This document shows positions 54,438 to 62,507 of a stretch of 64,000 nucleotides of DNA, in pieces; the stretch's first letter is position 1, and every line of letters begins with the position of its first letter. The translations under genes and the position numbers were made by a program. Source of the stretch: an uncultured Eubacteriales bacterium. Its GTDB lineage: Bacteria; Acidobacteriota; Aminicenantia; Aminicenantales; Aminicenantaceae. Location: NCBI GenBank assembly GCA_964429795.1, contig CAYSCW010000002.1, positions 23,431 to 87,430 on the forward strand. The letters run 5' to 3'. Below the pieces are notes generated by a model. The model was not told where the DNA came from and did no database searches. It saw nothing but the letters and a program-made list of their open reading frames with translations.

Positions 54438-55271
54438 TTAAGATAAAAATTCCATGCTGATGTCCATAGATCTGTAGGAGTGGGTCAAGCTGCCCACTGA
54501 TATATAATCCACGCCCAGAGCTGCGATCTCCTTGGCATAATCGAGATTTACCTTTCCTGAGGCCTCCACAGGAATTCTTCCTTTCAACCAAGTCACCGCC
54601 TCTCTCATTTCTTCCAAAGACATGTTGTCAAGCATGATCATATCTGCTCTGCTTTGTAGAGCCTCCTTTGCTTCTTCCAGGGTGGTTGTCTCCACTTCGA
54701 TTTTTACACCTTTGTCGACTTTTTCCCGAGCCTTCTTCACCGCATCCGTGATGCTTCCTACTATCTGGAGATGGTTATCTTTGATCAGAACCATCTCCGA
54801 GAGATTCAGTCGGTGATTCAGGCCCCCTCCCATTCTCACGGCATATTTTTCCAGGATTCTCAAGCCAGGGGTAGTCTTCCGTGTGTCAAGAATCTTTGTT
54901 TTTGTTCCTGAGATGGCCTGGACATATCTCCGTGTAGCGCTGGCTATGCCAGAGAGCCGCTGGAGAAAATTCAATGCTATCCGTTCTCCTTTAAGGAGAG
55001 AAACAGCGGGGCCACTGATTTGAGCCAGCGTCTCTTCTTCATGGAAGGTCTGGCCATCTTCTTTCATCTTGTCAAATGCAGTGGACGGATCGATGAGTTG
55101 AAATACTCTTTTGGCCACATCAATTCCAGCCAGAACTCCTTCTTCTTTAGCCAAGAAGACGGCTTTGGATTGAGAATGAGAGGGAATAATGCTTTCAGAT
55201 GTGATATCACCCTCAGGCATATCTTCCTCGAGGGCTCTCTTGATGATGCTGTCTATCTCTTCCTCTTTCAT
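54438..55271 (-). CDS. nadC: Nicotinate-nucleotide pyrophosphorylase (quinolinate phosphoribosyltransferase)
   Basis: EEDMPEGDITSESII...ILDTRKTTPGLRILEKYAVRMGGGLNHRLNLSEMVLIKDNH...IMLDNMS... Confidence 0.9.
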   Translation of the reverse strand: MKEEEIDSIIKRALEEDMPEGDITSESIIPSHSQSKAVFLAKEEGVLAGIDVAKRVFQLIDPSTAFDKMKEDGQTFHEEETLAQISGPAVSLLKGERIALNFLQRLSGIASATRRYVQAISGTKTKILDTRKTTPGLRILEKYAVRMGGGLNHRLNLSEMVLIKDNHLQIVGSITDAVKKAREKVDKGVKIEVETTTLEEAKEALQSRADMIMLDNMSLEEMREAVTWLKGRIPVEASGKVNLDYAKEIAALGVDYISVGSLTHSYRSMDISMEFLS

Positions 55272-55327
55272 TTGAGAAGATTATAATTTTTTCCTGTTTT
55301 TCAGTCAAATAAAGCTGGAAGAGCGAT

Positions 55328-55455
55328 AGCATCTCCATCTCCGTGATGATTGTAATGACAGTTGGGCAAGCTGAATCGTCAGCACGCGGATTTTCCCCAG
55401 CGAGGATGGAGGGGAACCGGCGTTGTCCCTCATCATTAGCTATCATGGAAATGCT
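55328..55455. repeat. Mosaic intergenic repeat copy R4 (module A-like forward, module D, module E, module A inverted) in the nadC / flippase-like divergent region
   Basis: 55331-55356 catctccatctccgtgatgattgtaatga and 55426-55453 gtccctcatcattagctatcatggaaat form terminal inverted repeats. Module D 55368-55406 matches 47230-47268. Module E tggaggggaaccggcgttg matches 3120-3137. Confidence 0.55.
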
Positions 55456-55512
55456 TTCTGGAGGAGATTCCCTGTTTGACATCTTCCAAGAAAAGCCATC
55501 TAATATACAAGA

Positions 55513-56535
55513 ATGCAAAAGAAGAGACTTTTCTATATCTTTATCTCTTTTGTTGTTTCTACAGTTCTGATCTGGATTCTTCTCTCTCAGATCGAAACCA
55601 AAGACCTTGTCCAGACATTCTCCCGTATATATTTTCCTGCTTTCTTGGCCTTTATGGCCATCGCACTGGCAGGAGTTGTCCTTCGTTCTTGGCGCTACAA
55701 ATGGCTGCTCAACCCATATCCCATAAGCTGGGAGAATATTATTCTGGTGACCTTCATCCGCAACCTCTTTGTCGATCTCTTCCCAGCTCGTATCGGATCG
55801 CTTTCCTATATCTATCTTTTGAATAAAAGGCTAAACTTTTCTTTTGAGGTGGCCACTTCCACTCTTGTTATAGCCATCATCTTTGATTTCATCACCTTAA
55901 GCCCATTTCTCTTCGTCTCTATTTTTGCTGTGGGTATTGCTTCTCCAAACCTCCCCTTTTCCACACTTCTCTTGGCGTCTTTAATTTTTTTCCTTGTTAT
56001 CTGTCTTATCCTTTGGAAAATATCTCAGATTTTCTCTCTGCTGGGAAAAGGTTTGTCATTCCTGTCCAGGAGCCTGAGGTTGGAAAGTCAAAAATGGGTC
56101 CGAATATCTATCGAAAAAATCCAGTTGATAAAAGTTCATCTTGTTCAGAGCAAGAAGAGGAAAATCCTTTTTCCTCTTTTTTTCCTTTCTCTCTTTATCC
56201 GTCTTGCCAAATACGGCTCACTCTATTTTCTTCTCTATTCTCTCCTCCGCAGTCATGGTTTGAGCCTGGAAAGAATAAGCTTCTGGAAGACAATCCTGGG
56301 GACCACCGGTGCCGAGCTCACCTCTGCTCTTCCCGTCAAAGGAATCGGAGGATTTGGAACCTGGGAATCTGCCTGGGCCTTAACCTTTAGGCTGATGAAT
56401 TTTGATTCCAGGTTGGCTATTCTATCAGGGATCGGAGTTCATCTTCTGACTAATCTTTTTGAGTATTCTCTGGGAATAGCAGCTATCCTCATCCTGGTCT
56501 TTCCGCTTCTCAAGGAAAAAAAGAAAATAAGATAA
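55513..56535 (+). CDS. Flippase-like / lysylphosphatidylglycerol-synthase-TM-region family membrane protein (UPF0104)
   Basis: 340 aa, about 8 TM. Conserved RSWRYKWLL and ...FIRNLFVDLFPARIGSLSYIYLL... resemble the LPG_synthase_TM/TIGR00374 family. Confidence 0.65.
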   Translation: MQKKRLFYIFISFVVSTVLIWILLSQIETKDLVQTFSRIYFPAFLAFMAIALAGVVLRSWRYKWLLNPYPISWENIILVTFIRNLFVDLFPARIGSLSYIYLLNKRLNFSFEVATSTLVIAIIFDFITLSPFLFVSIFAVGIASPNLPFSTLLLASLIFFLVICLILWKISQIFSLLGKGLSFLSRSLRLESQKWVRISIEKIQLIKVHLVQSKKRKILFPLFFLSLFIRLAKYGSLYFLLYSLLRSHGLSLERISFWKTILGTTGAELTSALPVKGIGGFGTWESAWALTFRLMNFDSRLAILSGIGVHLLTNLFEYSLGIAAILILVFPLLKEKKKIR

Positions 56536-56706
56536 AAAAGGAAGATTGCCTTTTAACTTCTTAATATATTAAAATATTTTTGATCTCTCTAAGAAGATAA
56601 GAATGATCTTTTTAGTACCGAATAATTGAATTCTCTATAAAAACATAGAAACAGGATTCCGAGAAATTATTTCATTGTCCCAATTTAACGGAGGAGGCCG
56701 ATCGAA

Positions 56707-57870
56707 GTGCCAAAGAAAAGGATTACTCAATTAGACAAGAGAAGAAGAGGTTACCTCAGAGACCTCCTCAGTAAAGATCCTAAAAAGCTTAGATTCTGTG
56801 TTCTGGGAGCAGGACACGGAGGTCTGGCTATGGCCGGACATCTGGGCTTGATGGGCTTCAGGGTCAATCTTTATAATCGAGGGGGAAACAAGATCCGCCC
56901 CGTGCATCACAGAAAAGGAATCAAGATCGAGGGAGAAATTCAAGGAATCGGAAAGATAGAACTCGCTTCAAGAAACATAGAGGAGTGCCTGGAGGGTGCG
57001 GAGGTCTTGATGGTTGTCATTCCCGCCAATGGCCACAGGTTCATCGCCCAAATTTGTGCTCCCCATCTAAAGGAGAATCAGATTATTATCCTCAACCCTG
57101 GCCGAACAGGTGGGGCCTTGGAGTTCTATCATGCTCTTAAAAAGGAAGGATTGAGTAAATTTCCTTTTTTGGCCGAGGCCCAGACATTCCTCTATACCTC
57201 CAGAGCCGTCGGCCCAGCTCAAGCCAAGATTTTTTCTATTAAGAACTCCGTTCCTCTGGCTACACTCCCCGCTTACTGGATTCCTGGAGTAGTAAAAGTT
57301 ATCAACTGTGCCTTTCCTCAATTTGTGCCTGGGGATAACATCTTCAAGACAAGCTTTGACAACATCGGAGCGGTTTTTCATCCAGCTTTGACCGTCCTCA
57401 ATGCCGCATGGATTGAAGAAACCCACGGAGATTTTGAGTATTATATTCAGGGAGCCAGTATATCTGTGGCCAAAGTGTTGGAAAAACTGGACAGAGAGAG
57501 ACAGGATGTGGCCGCTGCGCTTGGAATCAAGGCCATGAGTGCCAGAAACTGGCTGTACACTGCCTACAGTGCCACGGGAAGAGACCTTTATGAGGCTATG
57601 CACGACAATCCAGGCTATGTAGGGATCAAAGCGCCAGACAGGCTTCACCATCGCTATATCAACGAAGACGTTCCTATGAGTCTTGTTCCGATAGCCTCTA
57701 TCGGCAAAATGCTGGGTGTAAAAACGACAACAATCAACGCCATCATCCATATGGCCTCGATCATGAGAGAGGAGGATTACTGGGCAACAGGAAGAACCGT
57801 GGAGAGGCTAGGAATAAAGGGCATGTCCATTAGAGAAATCCGGCTCCTGGCTGTCACAGGAGAAATCTAA
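56707..57870 (+). CDS. NAD(P)-dependent octopine/nopaline (opine) dehydrogenase-family protein
   Basis: GTG start, 10 nt after AACGGAGGAGG. Rossmann CVLGAGHGGLAMAGHLGLMGF. The C-terminal helical domain pattern (…AVFHPALTVLNAAWIE…YYIQGASISVAKVLEKLDRERQDVAAALGI…) is of the opine-DH type. Confidence 0.7.
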   Translation: MPKKRITQLDKRRRGYLRDLLSKDPKKLRFCVLGAGHGGLAMAGHLGLMGFRVNLYNRGGNKIRPVHHRKGIKIEGEIQGIGKIELASRNIEECLEGAEVLMVVIPANGHRFIAQICAPHLKENQIIILNPGRTGGALEFYHALKKEGLSKFPFLAEAQTFLYTSRAVGPAQAKIFSIKNSVPLATLPAYWIPGVVKVINCAFPQFVPGDNIFKTSFDNIGAVFHPALTVLNAAWIEETHGDFEYYIQGASISVAKVLEKLDRERQDVAAALGIKAMSARNWLYTAYSATGRDLYEAMHDNPGYVGIKAPDRLHHRYINEDVPMSLVPIASIGKMLGVKTTTINAIIHMASIMREEDYWATGRTVERLGIKGMSIREIRLLAVTGEI

Positions 57871-57942
57871 GGTTTTTCTCAAAAAGAGATCTTATCATAA
57901 CAGAATCTATCACTGAGCCTAAAATCATGATTCTTGGCTGCT

Positions 57943-59379
57943 ATGAAAATGAATAAATTCTCAACTCTGAACTCTGAAAAGACATTCCCTCTCAGCAAGA
58001 GAGACATTCACAACATTTTGGAGTTAGTTCTTTGTCTTGGAGCTGATTTTTCAGAGATATTTTTCGAGCATAGAATCCACAGCTTTATCCACATGGAAGA
58101 GGATATCATCAAGGAGACTTCAGAGAGTATTGTCTGTGGCTTGGGAATCCGGGCCATTCATCAAGACAGAACAGGTTATGGATACACCAACGATCTTGCC
58201 CAGGAAAAAATTAAAAAAGCCGCTTTAACCGCAGCAGCCATCGCTGATAAGAAGTCGAAAAGCCATACTGCACCTTTTTCTCCTCTTATTACGTTACATA
58301 ATTTCTACCCTATATCCCGCTTTCCCCACCAGGAACCGTTGGAAGAAAAAATCGCTCTGGTCAACAGAGCTTATTCTTCTGCTCAGAATTTCGATCAAAG
58401 GATCAAGAAGATCAAGGTTATATTTTCCGATTCAACCCAGTCTATCACTGTGGCCAACTCAGAGGGAGTGCTGGTTTCAGATCGGCGCCCTCTGGTTAAA
58501 TTGACATGCCTGACCATCGCCGAAAAAAAAGGCAGAAGAGAGGCGGGCTATTGTGGTGGCGGAGGGAGAGTGAGCCTTGATTATTTTCAAGAGAGGCTGA
58601 CTCCAGAGGAGATAGGACAGGAGGCTTCGAAAGAGGCCCTTCTTCTTCTGGAAGCAGCCGAGCCACCTGCTGGGGAAATGCCGGTTGTGCTTGCTCCGGG
58701 CCACAGCGGAGTATTGATCCATGAAGCTGTAGGGCATCTTCTTGAAGCTGATTTTAACCGGAAGAAAACATCTGTTTTCTGGGACAAGATGGGAAAGATG
58801 GTAGGGTCGAGTCAACTAAATATCTTTGATGACCCGACTATTCCCTTCTTCCGAGGCTCCTACAATGTCGATGATGAAGGCACTTTTCCTGAGAAGACAG
58901 TGCTCATCCAAAGGGGAAGGCTGGTCGGCATGTTGCAGGACCGGCTCTCAGCCAAAGTGATGCACATGGCAGCCACAGGGCATGGTCGGAGGCAGGACTT
59001 CACAAATATCCCTCTGCCACGGATGAGCAATACCTATGTGGATAGAGGAGAACATGATCCCGAGGAGATCATTCGCTCAGTCAAGAGAGGATTTTATGCC
59101 CATAGGTTTCAGGGTGGTCAGGTGGAAGACTCAGGTAAGTTCACCTTTACTGTAAGCTCAGGATCCCTGATTGAAGAAGGAAGATTGACTGCGCCGGTCA
59201 AACAGGCCACTCTTATCGGAACCAATGTTGACATCCTGAAAAAGATTGAGATGCTTGGCTCTGATCTTGAATTCGGCTTACAGACAGGAACATGCGGTAA
59301 AGAAGGCCAAGTTGTTCCTGTCAACGACGGTTGTCCGACCATCAAGATTTCGAGGATGACAGTGGGAGGACGTCGATGA
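57943..59379 (+). CDS. tldD: TldD-family metalloprotease
   Basis: HEAVGHLLEADF (HExxxH), GSYNVDDEG, ...GTCGKEGQVVPV..., TldD signature. The track ORF starts at TTG 57934. First ATG at 57943. Confidence 0.85.
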   Translation: MKMNKFSTLNSEKTFPLSKRDIHNILELVLCLGADFSEIFFEHRIHSFIHMEEDIIKETSESIVCGLGIRAIHQDRTGYGYTNDLAQEKIKKAALTAAAIADKKSKSHTAPFSPLITLHNFYPISRFPHQEPLEEKIALVNRAYSSAQNFDQRIKKIKVIFSDSTQSITVANSEGVLVSDRRPLVKLTCLTIAEKKGRREAGYCGGGGRVSLDYFQERLTPEEIGQEASKEALLLLEAAEPPAGEMPVVLAPGHSGVLIHEAVGHLLEADFNRKKTSVFWDKMGKMVGSSQLNIFDDPTIPFFRGSYNVDDEGTFPEKTVLIQRGRLVGMLQDRLSAKVMHMAATGHGRRQDFTNIPLPRMSNTYVDRGEHDPEEIIRSVKRGFYAHRFQGGQVEDSGKFTFTVSSGSLIEEGRLTAPVKQATLIGTNVDILKKIEMLGSDLEFGLQTGTCGKEGQVVPVNDGCPTIKISRMTVGGRR

Positions 59380-60722
59380 GAGAAAAAAGAGAAAGATCTG
59401 TTCTGATGGGAATGGCCGAAGGTCTGGTGGCTTTAGGGAAAGCTCACGGAGCCGACGAATGTGAAATCACCATCGTCGACGCTGATGAATTCAATGTCGA
59501 TGTGAGGCTCGGTGAGATTGAAAATCTGGTGGAAGCAGGCTCCAGGTCATTGAACCTCAGGGTGATCAAAGATAAAAAGACGGCATCTGTCACATCTTTT
59601 GACCTGTCGCGGGAAACACTTCACCGCCTCATAATAAGCGCTATCAAGAGAGCCGAGCTTTCCAGCACTGATGAATTCTCTGGTCTTCCCTCCCTTCCTC
59701 GAAAAGAGGTGGATATTACTGCACTTGAGCTTTATGATCCTGAAATTCCGGCACTCTCTCCGAGAAAGAAAATTTCTCTTGCTCTCCAGACAGAAAAGAT
59801 TGCTCTTTCCCATAAAGGAATCACAAATTCCCATGGAGCGAGCTTTGAAACCAGAGAAATCAGGACTCTGCTGGCGAATTCCAACGGATTTCTCCAAGAA
59901 TATAAGGAAACTTTTTGTAGCCTCAGTGTTGGCCTTCAGGCCGGGGAGACAGACTCGAGGGTTGAGGATTTCTGGTTCTGCGCAAAACGCAACTTTCATG
60001 AGCTTGATACTCCTGAGGACATCGCCCAGAAGGCCGTTACCCGCACTCTTCGACTGATCAATCCGAGAAAAATAAGAACTCAGCCTGCTTCTGTCATCTT
60101 TGAACCACTGATGACTTCTTGGCTTCTGGGTTTCCTCTTTACCTGTGTCTCTGGAACCTCGATCTACCAGAAGGCTTCCTTCTTGGTTGATAAATTGAGA
60201 GAAAAGATCGCTTGTGACAATGTCAATGTCTATGACCATGGTCTCCTCCCCTCAAAATTAGGAACCAGGCCCTTTGATGGAGAAGGAACTCCCTCTCAGA
60301 GGACTACAGTAATAGAAAAGGGCGTCCTGAACAATTACCTCTGCAACACCTATGCCGCACGGAAGCTCAAACTCAAATCCACTGGAAATTCTGAAGGAAA
60401 AGACGTCGGGCCCACCAATTTTTATTTCCAAGCCGGAAAACTGACACCTGAGAAGATCATAGCCTCCATGGATAAGGGATTGATCTTGGTCAGAACCATC
60501 GGTCTTGGCCTCAATCCCATCACCGGAGATATTTCCCGAGGCGCATTTGGACTCTGGGTGGAAAAAGGAGAAGTAATCTATCCCGTCTCAGAAATAACCA
60601 TTTCTGGTAATCTGAGTGAGATCTTGAATAATATTGAAGCAGTGGGAGAGGATCTGGAATTCCGTAGTCCTTTTTCTGGACCAACAGTCAAAGTGGGAGA
60701 ATTAATGATAGCTGGCGAATAA
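59376..60722 (+). CDS. pmbA: PmbA/TldE-family protein (TldD partner)
   Basis: ATGA overlap with the tldD stop (ATG at 59376). ...GLNPITGDISRGAFGLWVEKGEVIYPVSEITISGNLSEIL... PmbA/TldE family, lacking HExxxH. Confidence 0.85.
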   Translation: MREKRERSVLMGMAEGLVALGKAHGADECEITIVDADEFNVDVRLGEIENLVEAGSRSLNLRVIKDKKTASVTSFDLSRETLHRLIISAIKRAELSSTDEFSGLPSLPRKEVDITALELYDPEIPALSPRKKISLALQTEKIALSHKGITNSHGASFETREIRTLLANSNGFLQEYKETFCSLSVGLQAGETDSRVEDFWFCAKRNFHELDTPEDIAQKAVTRTLRLINPRKIRTQPASVIFEPLMTSWLLGFLFTCVSGTSIYQKASFLVDKLREKIACDNVNVYDHGLLPSKLGTRPFDGEGTPSQRTTVIEKGVLNNYLCNTYAARKLKLKSTGNSEGKDVGPTNFYFQAGKLTPEKIIASMDKGLILVRTIGLGLNPITGDISRGAFGLWVEKGEVIYPVSEITISGNLSEILNNIEAVGEDLEFRSPFSGPTVKVGELMIAGE

Positions 60723-60750
60723 GATATTTTTTCTCCTCATCAAAAAGATC

Positions 60751-61326
60751 TCAGTACTTATTAAAATGGATTATATCCTCCAGTTTCCTCTTGGGCACAT
60801 GGAGCCTTCCCTCTTCGTCCTTCCAATACTTAATGGTATCCTCCATTTCATCTAGAAGAGGTTTTTCAGCAGGATATCCCATAGCGATGATGGAGTCGAT
60901 GTTATAATGATCTGGAATATTGAGAACTTGATGAACTTTAGATCTGTCGATGGAGATCACCCAGCAACTTCCGATACCCTCTGCCCAAGCCGTCAGGAGT
61001 ATGTTTTCGATAGCTGCCCCTGCGTCTCGCTCAAAACCCCTAACTCTGATCTTTGTGTTGATGAGAACGACGATATAGGCGACTGGCTCCTTTCCATGCT
61101 TGGGATTGCCCTCTGGGGCAATGTAAGCAGCCCAATGCAGACAGGAAAAGATCTTCTCCCTCATTTCCTCATCGTCCACAACAATAAATTCTAAAGGCTG
61201 CAGGTTAGCCGCGGAGGGAGCTAACCTTGCTGCATTAACCAGCTTTTTCAGAGCCTCTTTAGGGATAGGCTCTCTCTTAAACTGGCGGATCGTCCTTCTT
61301 GAAGTAATCAGATCATAAAGCGTCAT
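60751..61326 (-). CDS. Nitroreductase-family (FMN-dependent) protein
   Basis: RRTIRQFKREPIPKEALKKLVNAARLAPSAANLQPLEFIVV... 191 aa. Convergent with pmbA. Confidence 0.85.
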   Translation of the reverse strand: MTLYDLITSRRTIRQFKREPIPKEALKKLVNAARLAPSAANLQPLEFIVVDDEEMREKIFSCLHWAAYIAPEGNPKHGKEPVAYIVVLINTKIRVRGFERDAGAAIENILLTAWAEGIGSCWVISIDRSKVHQVLNIPDHYNIDSIIAMGYPAEKPLLDEMEDTIKYWKDEEGRLHVPKRKLEDIIHFNKY

Positions 61327-61348
61327 GATTGTTCCCTCCAGTTAAGAT

Positions 61349-61819
61349 TTATCCCTGAGCCAATATCTTTCTCAGTTTCTCAGCATATTCCTGACTTTTT
61401 TTATCAGGAGTGAGGAATTCGATCTGGTCTGGCGACGAAATGCCCAGACCCAATTCAACTGCTCTGGCTATCTGTTCTTGTTCAAATATCTTCCGTCCCA
61501 TGATGGCCTGGTTGGAGCCCAAGTCTTTCAATACGGCTATGCTGACAGCATCGATAGCCACCCGATCGTCACCAGCCAGAAAGATATTGGCCTCTTTTCT
61601 CTCCCCTTTCATCGGGCCTCTATCCACAAAAACTTCCAATCCATCAAGAACAATCAATTGAGGTTTATACCCCAGGTTTATTTCAGCAATCATTTTCCGC
61701 ATGTCCGGTGAACGATGGAATTCCCGTTTATTCTTCATGGAAGAATATTCAAAGATTTCCAGCACATTTCGGATTCCTTCTTCCCGCTCCTGGGTTTTGC
61801 AGATAGCAATTTTTGCCAT
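61349..61819 (-). CDS. DUF362-like small protein (uncertain)
   Basis: MAKIAICKT... N-terminus and ...IVLDGLEVFVDRGPMKGERKEANIFLAGDDRVAIDAVSIAVLKDLG resemble DUF362-family termini, but the ORF is about half the usual length. Possibly truncated. Confidence 0.35.
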   Translation of the reverse strand: MAKIAICKTQEREEGIRNVLEIFEYSSMKNKREFHRSPDMRKMIAEINLGYKPQLIVLDGLEVFVDRGPMKGERKEANIFLAGDDRVAIDAVSIAVLKDLGSNQAIMGRKIFEQEQIARAVELGLGISSPDQIEFLTPDKKSQEYAEKLRKILAQG

Positions 61820-62018
61820 TTTTTTCTAGCCAAATGAGGCTAGATCCAGACCGGAAAGGCAGGCTAAACCGAAGAACGACCCTTTGATGAACTGACGTCT
61901 GTCGATAGTCGATCTCATGGAAGTGGTCATCACTCCTCTCCTCTTATCCCCTATTCGGCTGAGTATAAGGCATTCACTTTTTCTATTTTTATACATTCAT
62001 CCAGAGAATACAATCGTT

Positions 62019-62456
62019 TTATATCCTGCTCGCCACCCAGAGGGCAAAATCTGTCTCAGGCATGGCTCCTGTGGTTCTGGCGATTTCTGTTGCCTTGCGC
62101 ATGATCAGGAATGTGGGCACTCCTTGCACACCGAATGCCGCTCCCATGTCAAGATGCAGGTTTATGTTGATTCTCAAAACCATAAGATCGCCTGCTCTCC
62201 TTACTGCCAGGTTTTTGACCACCGGATGCATCATGTGACAGGGAGCGCAAGTGGGCGAGTAAAAGTCCACCAGAATAGGAAGGGAAGATTTTTGTATGAG
62301 GCTATAGACCTGCTGAGGTCCTGGTTCGAGGACTGATCCAGGATTGGGAAGCACATTTTTGCATCGGCCACAAACCACCTTTTTTCCTGATGAAGCGAAC
62401 GGATAATAATTGGTTGTTCCACAATGGAAGCAACTGACCTTGACTTTTTCTGCCAA
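62019..62456 (-). CDS. Thioredoxin with N-terminal zinc-ribbon (Trx2/TrxC-like), active site TCAPC
   Basis: N-terminal CFHCGTTNYYP...CGRCKNVL (two CxxC). Thioredoxin fold ...ILVDFYSPTCAPCHMMHPVV...GVQGVPTFLI... Confidence 0.8.
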   Translation of the reverse strand: MAEKVKVSCFHCGTTNYYPFASSGKKVVCGRCKNVLPNPGSVLEPGPQQVYSLIQKSSLPILVDFYSPTCAPCHMMHPVVKNLAVRRAGDLMVLRININLHLDMGAAFGVQGVPTFLIMRKATEIARTTGAMPETDFALWVASRI

Positions 62457-62507
62457 TTAATCCGCCTTCATTAATGGCTATCTGACTTTGTTAAAGAGTG
62501 CCTATCC

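Noticed and set aside
61820-62018. Possible upstream continuation of the DUF362-like ORF (evidence of a disrupted longer gene)
   Set aside because: I could not identify a convincing in-frame extension or DUF362 Fe-S Cys motif in the 199-nt gap. It is left as a short or possibly truncated ORF with low confidence, and I do not call a pseudogene.
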